Shown here in pieces: positions 14,901 through 26,900 of a DNA stretch of 64,000 nucleotides. Both the position numbers and the translations under genes were made by a program. The stretch covers positions 25,871,365 to 25,935,364 of the forward strand of contig NC_092678.1 of the NCBI RefSeq assembly GCF_964355755.1. The letters run 5' to 3'. This stretch comes from Antedon mediterranea. Taxonomy: Eukaryota > Animalia > Echinodermata. The stretch's first letter is position 1. Every line of letters begins with the position of its first letter. Below the pieces are notes generated by a model. That model was not told the DNA's origin, made no database searches, and saw only the letters and a program-made list of their open reading frames with translations.

Positions 14901-17900
14901 TATCCATGTTTGTTTCCATTTCCCCAGGTTGATTAAAGTGACAGACTCATTCAAAGGGAATTTCAGTATCCATGTTTGTTTCCATTCTCCCAGGTTGATT
15001 AAAGTGACAGACTTATTCAAAGGGAATTTCAGTATCCATGTTTGTTTCCATTCCCCCAGGTTGATTAAAGTGACAGACTCATTCAAAGGCAATTTCAGTA
15101 TCCATGTTTGTTTCCATTCTCCCAGGTTGATTAAAGTGACAGACTCATTCAAAGGGAATTTCAGTATCCATGTTTGTTTCCATTCCCCCAGGTTGATTAA
15201 AGTGACAGACTCATTCAAAGGGAATTTCAGTATCCATGTTTGTTTCCATTCCCCCAGGTTGATTAAAGTGACAGACTCATTCAAAGGGAATTTCAGTATC
15301 CATGTTTGTTTCCATTCCACCAGGTTAATTAAAGTGACAGACTCATTCAAAGGGAATTTCAGTATCCATGTTTGTTTCCATTCTCCCAGATTGATTAAAG
15401 TGACAGACTCATTCAAAGGGAATTTCAGTATCCATGTTTGTTTCCATTCCCCAGGTTGATTAAAGTGACAGACTCATTCAAAGGGAATTTCAGTATCCAT
15501 GTTTGTTTCCATTTCCCCATGTTGATTAAAGTGACAGACTCATTCAAAGGCAATTTCAGTATCCATGTTTGTTTCCATTCTCCCAGGTTGATTAAAGTGA
15601 CAGACTCATTCAAAGGGAATTTCAGTATCCATGTTTGTTTCCATTCCCCCAGGTTGATTAAAGTGACAGACTCATTCAAAGGGAATTTCAGTATCCATGT
15701 TTGTTTCCATTCCCCCAGGTTGATTAAAGTGACAGACTCATTCAAAGGGAATTTCAGTATCCATGTTTGTTTCCATTCTCCCAGGTTGATTAAAGTGACA
15801 GACTCATTCAAAGGCAATTTCAGTATCCATGTTTGTTTCCATTCTCCCAGGTTGATTAAAGTGACAGACTCATTCAAAGGGAATTTCAGTATCCATGTTT
15901 GTTTCCATTCCCCCAGGTTGATTAAAGTGACAGACTCATTCAAAGGGAATTTCAGTATCCATGTTTGTTTCCATTCTCCCAGGTTGATTAAAGTGACAGA
16001 CTCATTCAAAGGGAATTTCAGTATCCATGGTTGTTTCCATTCCCCCAGGTTGATTAAAGTGACAGACTCATTCAAAGGGAATTTCAGTATCCATGTTTGT
16101 TTCCATTCCCCCAGGTTGAATAAAGTGACAGACTCATTCAAAGGGAATTTCAGTATCCATGTTTGTTTCCATTCTCCCAGGTTGATTAAAGTGACAAACT
16201 CATTCAAAGGGAATTTCAGTATCCATGTTTGTTTCCATTCCCCCAGGTTGATTAAAGTGACAGACTCATTCAAAGGGAATTTCAGTATCCATGTTTGTTT
16301 CCATTCCACCAGGTTGATTAAAGTGACAGACTCATTCAAAGGGAATTTCAGTATCCATGTTTGTTTCCATTCCACCAGGTTGATTAAAGTGACAGACTCA
16401 TTCAAAGGGAATTTCAGTATCCATGTTTGTTTCCATTCCACCAGGTTGATTAAAGTGACAGACTTATTCAAAGGCAATTTCAGTATCCATGTTTGTTTCC
16501 ATTCCACCAGGTTGATTAAAGTGACAGACTCATTCAAAGGGAATTTCAGTATCCATGTTTGTTTCCATTCCCCAGGTTGATTAAAGTGACAGACTCATTC
16601 AAAGGGAATTTCAGTATCCATGTTTGTTTCCATTCCCCCAGGTTGATTAAAGTGACAGACTCATTCAAAGGGAATTTCATGCTAAACAAAGTTAATGAAT
16701 AATTTAAATCCCGGTATCTATTTGTTTACGGTTACTTTAATTTAAAATGATGTCTTTATTTGTATTCAGGTTTCGCAAAGCTAGCTATTTGATCGTAAAT
16801 CACAACTATTTTTCAAATGTGGTGCTTGTATTGATTATGGTCAGTAGTGCTATGCTTGCTGCCGAAGATCCTGTGGACAAAAATAGCAAACGAAACCAGG
16901 TAACCAATTCATACAATCTACTTTTAGTCAACTCTCTAAAAAATCTCTTTTTTTCAGAAAATTCCAGTGTTTCAAATAATTTGAACACATTTATGTTCGT
17001 TTTGAGAGCAGTATTTGATTGAGTGATATACATGGTGGTGATACATTCCCATAATCAGACAGTTTCTTTTGGAAACATCCTAACATTCATTGAACCCACG
17101 GTGCAAAACAACAGACAAACCACTATCCAAGTCTGTGAAGCTCTGTCTACACTATCAAACTAGTTTGACAAAAAAAGTGTGATGCGCACAAATATGGTAG
17201 TGATTTACCCAAATATGGTAGTGATATGACATCATCATGTACAGATTTGGGCACATCACATTGTTTTGTCACCTAAAGTTTGATAGTGTAGACAGAACTT
17301 TAGCCCGTATAGTGGTTCCCATTGTAAATGTAATAATTGTTGTAATAGATTGAAATATATATTTATTAGTTGTACGTTTTGTTCAAAGAAATTAACTTTA
17401 ATCTATTTTATATGCATGCAATGGCAAGACGTAGGCGTAGTTTAACTGCATTTCTTAGTTTTAATGTACTTTAATTAAACACCTTTTGCATTCTAATATT
17501 ACTATAAAAAAACAGTTCTTTTCATTACTTTGTTTCGTAGTGCATTTACTTTATGTTTGAAATGAAATTGTATATACTTGTTTTTGAAAAAAATTGCTTC
17601 ATTATGGCAGTTTTATTATTCAGTATATTGCATAAAGACAATAAAAACACTCTGAAAGCTAAATTCCAAGAAAAATGGAATTTCATACTGAAATTTTTTG
17701 TTTGACGCAAACAGTAAAATGAATTGATTAGAGTATTCATTATATTCCTCATTGCCATTTCAGTTCTTTTTTGTTACCATAATAATACTTTTTTTTTGAT
17801 GTAGTAAGATTGTTTGTTTCGTCTGCATGTTGTTGTTTTCCTCACCTTGGATGTCTAGTAGGTACACACACTCCTTTAAAAATTTAAACGTCAAAATACA

Positions 17901-20900
17901 TATAATTGACATTTAATAGCACATTGAAAAATAACTGAATGGATCCAAGCAAATATACTTTTTCATCTTGCTTTTTATATCACTTTTGAATGTTCACTAG
18001 GTTCATAATCAGGACTATAGCCAACATGATTGGTTGTCTGAATTGTTCATCCTCAGCACATATTGTATACTTTATATTAATTATATTTAAAACATCTTTG
18101 CCTCATCTGTTTTTAAGCTCTCACTACGGCCCTGATAAACCTGCATTAAAATTTGTCAGTCATTCCAGTGACTTAACATCATAACTGCATAGAAATGTCG
18201 ATGTTTATATAAGAAATACTTAGAATAAACACTTAGTTGTATGTCAGTCTTATTAATATAGTATGTCTGTCTACATACTTACATTGTATATATCTTGGCA
18301 ATTGAAGCGTTCTTAATAATGTTAGATAATTTCCGCACTTTACAAATTACTTGACACTTTGACCAGTTTTATTTTTGCTTTAATCAGCCAAAGAAAACAA
18401 TTATGTTTTATTTTGTTATTTTAGGATTCTGACTTCCTCTAATAAAGTTTGAGTGCTTAATTTAGTTAGGTGTTATTTTGTTTTAGTGCTCTACTAATTC
18501 AAACAAGAGTACACTAAATTGCCGAGCTCATTTTTAGTTCCTTCATTACTAACATAAAAACAATGTTCATCTTTTAATCATTCATTTTTAGTGCCTTCAT
18601 TACTAACATAATAACAATGTTCATCTTTTAATCATTCTATCTTTCGTTCATATTTTTCTTTCATTGCTAGTACTGATATTTTCATTATTTTGTATATTAA
18701 TACATTTTTTTTCTGGACTTTAAAAATATTTTCTTTTCAGATTCTACAGAGATTTGATTATGTATTTACAGGAATATTTACAATTGAAATCATGCTAAAG
18801 GTAATTATTACAAATAGACACTCAAATTATGCTAAAGGTAATTATTACAAATAGACACTCAAATCATGCTAAAGGTAATTATTACAAATAGACACTCAAA
18901 TCATGCTAAAGGTAATTATTACAAATAGACACTCAAATCATGCTAAAGGTAATTATTACAAATAGACACTCAAATTATGCTAAAGGTAATTATTACAAAT
19001 ATACACTCAAATTATGCTAAAGGTAATTATTACAAATAGACACTCAAATTATGCTAAAGGTAATTATTACAAATAGACACTCAAATTATGCTAAAGGTAA
19101 TTATTACAAATAGACACTCAAATCATGCTAAAGGTAATTATTACAAATAGACACTCAAATTATGCTAAAGGTAATTATTACAAATAGATACTCAAATTAT
19201 GCTAAAGGTAATTATTACAAATAGACACTCAAATTATGCTAAAGGTAATTATTACAAATAGACACTCAAATTATGCTAAAGGTAATTATTACAAATAGAC
19301 ACTCAAATTATGCTAAAAGTAATTATTACAAATAGACACTCAAATCATGCTAAAGGTAATTATTACAAATAGACACTCAAATTATGCTAAAGGTAATTAT
19401 TACAAATAGACACTCAAATCATGCTAAAGGTAATTATTACAAATAGACACTCAAATTATGCTAAAAGTAATTATTACAAATAGACACTCAAATCATGCTA
19501 AAGGTAATTATTACAAATAGACACTCAAATTATGCTAAAGGTAATTATTACAAATAGACACTCAAATCATGCTAAAGGTAATTATTACAAATAGACACTC
19601 AAATTATGCTAAAGGTAATTATTACAAATAGACACTCAAATCATGCTAAAGGTAATTATTACAAATAGACACTCAAATTGTAAGGGCCAACTAAGACATC
19701 GTTGTACGACTGACAAGTGTCTTGACTCGTCGGTGCTGGCCGAGTTGCAGCGCGGTGGGATGAGTTGTCTTGAGATAGCGTCAGGTGGTAGTTTTTAGGT
19801 TGTCGAAAGAACTTAAAACATGTTTATTTCCTCCAGACAAGACAACTCTTTGGACCTTGTCGTACGATGCTGTCTGAGTTGGCCTTAAGAAAGAGAACTC
19901 AACATGTCCCATGTCAGAGTAGGTTATTTCTGGTGTACCGTACAAAGAAATAGAAAACCTCATGTTGCCAATCTCTGGTATTTCTCTGTTTATCTTGCAG
20001 GTTGTAGCATATGGTTTAGTTGTACACAAAGGTGCCTTTTGTCGTAATTCTTTCAACCTGCTGGATTTGCTTGTTGTTACTGTATCCTACATTTCATATA
20101 TGTTAACGTAAGTCATTATTTTTAAACTGTTCAAATAAAATAGACTAGATTAAAATAATGATAATCTCTACAACATCAAGTAAAATATTTATGTTGCAAT
20201 TTATTGAAAATCAAAGCATTTGATTATTAAACATTTATTTTGAAACTAGATTAATTAGTGTGGAAACTCTTTAAAATGTTTTATTGTACAACAAGGCATC
20301 AAATGCGAAAGCAATCAAGCGTGAAATCCATCAGCTTTGAGTAGATTTAGTGATAGCAATTTCTTATTTTTGCGTATTTTCTTTTTCTTTATAAAAAATG
20401 TCTTTCTTTGATGCCTGTGTTGTGTGCAATTTCCTACAACATTGGAGTTGACATAGAGATAGTTGTTGGGAATTGGACATAGAGATAGTTGTAATTGGGG
20501 TTATTTTCATATTTTATCATGTCTATTAATTATACATCCTTCATCTATTTTGCTGCACTTTTAATATACCCATTTTTTATTTAACCTGATTGCATTATGC
20601 ACGCTATTTCTTCAATATTCTTTCTGTTTTTTCCCTTTTAAAAATATTATTTTAGTATGCGTACTACTTATAAAATTGAGTGAGTAATATTATATGCCTA
20701 TTAGTGAGTAATATTATATGCCTATTTAGTATGCTTGATCATACCGCATGCAATATGGACGTGTTTTCACAACACACATTTTACTAGAGATCACACTGTA
20801 CATGTTCTCAGATATCAGACTTTAAATGTCAACCGCCAAGAGCTGATCCAAGACAGTGGCACAAAGTGTTCATACCATAAATATACACAAGTTTAAGACT

Positions 20901-23900
20901 AATAAAACAGGAGTTACCTACTCCTGACTGCATGGGCCTGAAACTTGGTCAAACTCATCTGCACAACTTTGAATTCTGTATTGTCGAACACTGAATAGGA
21001 AAACCTTGCTGATTATTAATGGTCTTTATTATGCACTGGCAAATTATATCCATAGTCCTACCTGTGAACTTAAACCTGGTTTCTATAGAATCACTATCTC
21101 CACTATAATGTAATATAAACTCCAGAGTGATCCCAGGTTTTCCATAAGAGTGCACATCCATATTAATGAATCACTATCTCCACTATAATGTCTGCTGCCT
21201 CCGGAGTGATCCCAGGTTTTCCATAAGAGTGCACATCCATATTAATGAATGAATTCATTGTTTTCCATGTGCGAAATAAGTAAGTTAAACATTGACAAAC
21301 CAAAAGCCAACTTTGTTAACTTTAATGTTAAAGAATTATCTTAACTATAGTTCAATGTCACTTTAATTCTGATAGACTTGTTGGCTAAAATGATCATCCA
21401 ATCACAATCTGATGCTTTAGTTGATGGAAACACGTCTATCGTTTGTATGCATATGCTCTTGTCTGTACCCACAGTACTTATCAAACGTGTCACTGTTTAA
21501 CCATGCTCTATGCGATGCTTTTGTAATTACCATCAAGTTGATAGGGAGAAGTCGCTGATCGTCTAATCAAAATGCCTAATTGCTCCAAATAAAACTTTGA
21601 AATCTTATGCTTCTCTAACTTATATTATTTTGTCTTTCTTACTTTTTTATTTTCATTTTTTTTTTCTATATAATACAGAACTTGTCCCTACTTTTATAAT
21701 TGCCTTTTTTGCTTCAACATTATACATACAATTTAGGGTTTTTTATTTTAATCATTATCTTTCTAAACTTGTTAATTAACACAATTCTAATCAAGATAAT
21801 GTGACCTAAGGATACAATTTCAATCAATATAACATTTATATAAATTCCTAACTGATGATTTGCAAATAATATGTCAACATGGAATATCAGAATAACATCT
21901 CAATATGTTTTTCAAGTTGTATTTGGATTAGTTTGTTAACATCTGACTAATTTTAACACATCCGCACTACAATGATAAAGCTGACTTTAAATTATGTATT
22001 ACTAGAACAACTTTTACATGTACATTAATTAAATTATGAATGTTAAGAAATAAAATGTTATTATTATGAATATTAATTGAACTATTTTAAATTGAAACAT
22101 TTGTCATCAACAGAGGAAAGGAAGGTATCTCAGCCGTCAAAATATTGAGGGTGTTGAGAGTACTTAGGCCTCTAAGGGCAATCAACAGGGCAAAGGGCCT
22201 TAAGGTAATTATTATAATGGATTTTAATGTTAATAAATCAGCATAGGTTAGTGTGAACCATATGTATTCACTGTTAAAAAAGTGTTGCCAATTTCTGATA
22301 ACTGCACTTAATATGATAGGTAGCAACATATAAATTGGCTATTTAAAAAACCTGTTTTAATTCATAATGATTTTACCCAACTTGTGAAATCAAAATCAGT
22401 GCAACATTTTGTGTGTGATAGCAACATATAGTGATTGGTTATTTAAAAAAAAAACCTGTTTTAATTCGTGATGATTTTACCCAACTTGGGAAATTACAAT
22501 AAGTGTCACAACCTGTTTTTGTCTGTCTTCTACAGCGTGGTTCAATGTGCGATAATTGAAATTAAAACTATAGGTAGTTATATATAGATTGGTTACAAAA
22601 AATGTTTTGATTTGTAATGATTTTACCCAACTTGGGAAATTACAATCAGTGTAACATGTTTTTGTGTGTGTCCAATAGTATGTGGTTCAACATTGGTTGA
22701 TTGGTTTAATTAAAAAAAACTGTTTTCATTCATAATGATTTTACCCAACTTGGGAAATTACAATCAGTGTAACATGTTTTTTGTTTGTTTTGTGTTCAAC
22801 AGCATGTAGTTCAGTGTGTGATAGTTGCAATTAAAACCATAGGAAATATCATGCTAGTAACACTGTTACTCAAGTTCATGTTTGCATGTATTGGAGTTCA
22901 ACTGTTCTCAGGAAAGTTCCAAAGATGCAACGATGCTTCCAAGCTAACTCAAGATCTCTGCAAGTAAGTTACCTTTTCTGTATTTAAGTATTTAACGTTA
23001 AGTATTTCATTTTTACACTTTAGGGGGTCGGAGAGTCACTCGATAGTGTTTTTTTTTCACTTTTTGACAATCCCTCTAAAGTTCTCTGTACCTTGTGATT
23101 TTTTATTATTTATAAAAGACGAAATAAATGAAACAAACTTTAAATATTACTACAGGATTTAATAATCTAGTAAAAATGAAATCCAAAATGGAAATTAAGT
23201 ATTAATTCATTCATTCATTATTACTGATTACATGACCAAGATAGGTTATTAATATATATTAAATATTGTTATTATTTCAGAGGTCAATATTTTGTGTATC
23301 CTGACGGAGATATAAATCATCCACAACTAAACAACCGTACTTGGATTACCAACGAGTTCCACTTTGATACAATTTACTATGCTATGCTCTCACTCTTCAC
23401 TGTCTCAACATTTGAAGGATGGCCAAAGTAAGTACTAAGTATATGCTTAATAGTAAGCCTATACTCAATCTATATCTTTGCAATAACCCTAACCAACCAA
23501 CGAGTTCCACTTTGATACAATTTACTATGTTATGCTCTCACTCTTCACTGTCTCAACATTTGAAGGATGGCCAAAGTAAGTACTAAGTATATGCTTAATA
23601 GTAAGCCTATGCTTAGTATGGTATCTATCCTGCTTTTTGGAAATTCCATGTACATGAACTATAATTATGTTATTTGATTAATTGTTTTGAATAAAATAAT
23701 TATTAAGCCTATTATAGTAGTTTTAATAATTATTAAGCCTATTATAGTAGTTTTAATAATTATTAAGCCTATTATAGTAGTTTTAATAATTATTAAGCCT
23801 ATTATGGTAGTTTTAATAATTATTAAGCCCATTATGGTAGTTTTAATAATTATTAAGCCTATTATGGTAGTTTTAATAATTATTAAGCCTATTATAGTAG

Positions 23901-26900
23901 TTTTAATAATTATTAAGCCTATTATGGTAGTTTTAATAATTTACAAGGTCGAATTAGTTTGTCATGTAAAAATGATTTCTTATTTTGTAGATTGTTGTAC
24001 GTGTCCATAGACTCACATGAGGTGAACATGGGTCCAATCTACAACTTTAGACCACAAGTAGCCATATTCTACTTTGCTTACATTATTGTCATAGCATTCT
24101 TTATGGTGAATATCTTTGTGGGTTTCGTCATTGTCACTTTCCAGAGCGCTGGAGAGCAAGAGTATAAAAATTGTGAATTGAATAAAAATCAGGTGATATA
24201 TTATTTCTTTTTTTGTTTATTATGCTATGTCTGCTAAAGCGTGGTTGCCACTAAAACAAAACGCAACACAGAGTATTGATGCAAAGTGCCACAGAGTATT
24301 GATGCAAAGTGCCACAGAGTATTGATGCAAAGTGCCACAGAGTATTGATGCAAAGTGCCACAGAGTATTGATGCAAAGTGCCACAGAGTATTGATGCAAA
24401 GTGCCACAGAGTATTGATGCAAAGTGCCATTTCATAATCACAAGTGGCAACAATATTGCTGCAAACATTGCAGGTTTGATTTCACACAGATGTGAGCAAA
24501 TACAATGATTAAAAGGTCATTTTCTTGTTGTGTAGGTTGCGCAAAGTGCCACAGAGTATTGGTCATTTTCTTGTTGTGTAGGTTGCGCTACTTTGCGTCG
24601 CTAGTGGCAACCACGCTTAAGAAACAATAGAATGTTACAATAACCAATCACATGGTGCAAACCAACCAATCACTGCAGTGATAGTGTCCCTGTCTACTCT
24701 TCCAACATTTAATAAAGTTCCTAACATACATTAGGTGATATTTTTAATTTGTTTCAAGGTTTTATTTTGATGCAATTTGTTTTTAATATTAGATAAATAA
24801 TTCTTTTTTGATTTGTTTTACAGCGGCAGTGTATGGAGTTTGCATTGAATGCAAAGCCAGTTCGGAAATATATACCTAAAAATCCTCATCAGTTAAAGAT
24901 CTGGACAATAGTAACATCAAGGCCGTTTGAATATACAATTTTCATACTTATAATGTTAAACACTATAATATTAGCAATGAAGGTAATTGAGCCATTGACT
25001 TAAAACGTTATTCAAATGTTTATGTTCATTTTTATGCCATTAAAATAACAAAGGACAGCTTTAATAATTATTGGTAGTTGGTTAAAATATGACACCTAAT
25101 TCAAAATTTATATTATTAATTGTATTTGTATGATATGATACAATAGTGCACATACCAAATTTAACTTGTGTAATTTTTCTTTTTTAGTTTCATAAACAAC
25201 CTGAAAAATATGAGGATATTTTAGATTACTTAAATATGGTATTTACAGGCGCTTTTGCTGTAGAATTTTTACTCAAACTTATTGCATTTAAACCAAAGGT
25301 GATTGCATTTTGTAGTTATATATGGTTGTCATATACAGTATATAAAGGTTGCTATGGTTGTCATTATACAGTATATAAAGGTTGCTATGGTTGTCATATA
25401 CAGTATATAAAGGTTGCTATGGTTGTCATTATACAGTATATAAAGGTTGCTATGGTTGTCATATACAGTATATAAAGGTTGCTACGTTATACTATAAATA
25501 GTATACCAAGTATTTCCAATAGAACTCCATTTTTCCTATTTAAAATGTCAATTCTGCATTCACTAAAAGTCATATAATTGAATCACAGGTCTGGTGTCTT
25601 TTGAGTGGATGATGTTAAGCTATACTTAACATTTAAAATGCCTCTAATTTGAGGAATAGTTGTAGTAGTACCCCAATTTAAGAATCAGATTATTTTTTTT
25701 CAGAATTATTTTCGTGATTATTGGAACGTATTTGATTGCATAATTGTACTTGGCAGCTTTATAGATATACTCAGCCAAGAACTAGATGTAAGTTATATCT
25801 TTATTTATTTTGATTCTCCTTGTTTGGTTTAATTTTTGTTATTTTTGGCGTAATTGCTTCATGTAAAAATACAAGAAATTTATTTTGTAGATTTACACAT
25901 CATGCATTATAACTTACATTCCAATAAATTGTTCTTCTTAGCATATAAAGCAACAGTCAGGTTTATTTATCATGTTCTTCTTAGCATATAAATCAGCAGT
26001 CAGGTTAACATGTTTCTTTTCTTTTTTCTTTTATTCTGTTCACTTAATACAAGGTGGTTTGTTAGGATTTTAATTAATTTTCTCAATGTCTAATAAGCTT
26101 ATTAATATATACACGTTAACATATTTATTGATAGTAGATGAGTTAAGAATCTACTACTCTGAAATTACCTAATTGTGGGTAAAGTATGGGAGTGGTTTAG
26201 TAGTGTTTGGTTTTACATGCTCATGTATACAATTATTGTGTTGGCTTTTTAACATAGTGGTATATATTTCAACTGGTGTAGAATAACATAATAAGGAAGA
26301 CGGTTAAAACAAAATTTATGTAGTTTTGATAAGTTTGTTTGTATCCTTATGACAGTGTACTAACATTTTCTGTATGTTAACAGTATTAAATCTTTTCTCA
26401 TTAACTACAAACAATCTTATTTCTTTTTGCTCTCTGCTTGGACCACAGTTTTTATCGGTAAATAAGTTGTTATCTTTAAGTGTCTTTATTTATCCCTATT
26501 TCACCATAAATTGAATGAAATTTTATTTTATTCCTAATGTTTGCTTGATGATGTTTTGTGATGAAATGTTTCCAGTGGGGTGGCGCTAAGGGGATGCAAA
26601 TCTCTCCCTTTCAGTGGGGTGTTTGCTCGAGCTTTTCGGAAAGCTATATCGAGCGCTACCTCTGTATATTGAATGAATGAGATATATCTTATGTTGTGTA
26701 TCGCCCTCAACTGTTTTGCATGACTTTTTAGTGTTTGTGAAGATGTCTGGATTGATGCACAGTATACCAGATAGCATGTCAACATTCAAATATATTAATA
26801 TATATACAGAGCAATAGGATTATGCCTAAATAAGGAAACCATACCATAGTAAAGCAAGACACCATACAGATGTAATTAATACTATTTTATGACTGCTTGT

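Noticed and set aside
14577-16580. Long ORFs (264-380 aa) on both strands
   Set aside because: By-products of a stop-free 66-bp intronic minisatellite; open on both strands and broken by 1-bp indels
14631-19678. CRISPR-like appearance of regular repeats
   Set aside because: Head-to-tail units without unique spacers, eukaryotic intron context, no cas genes
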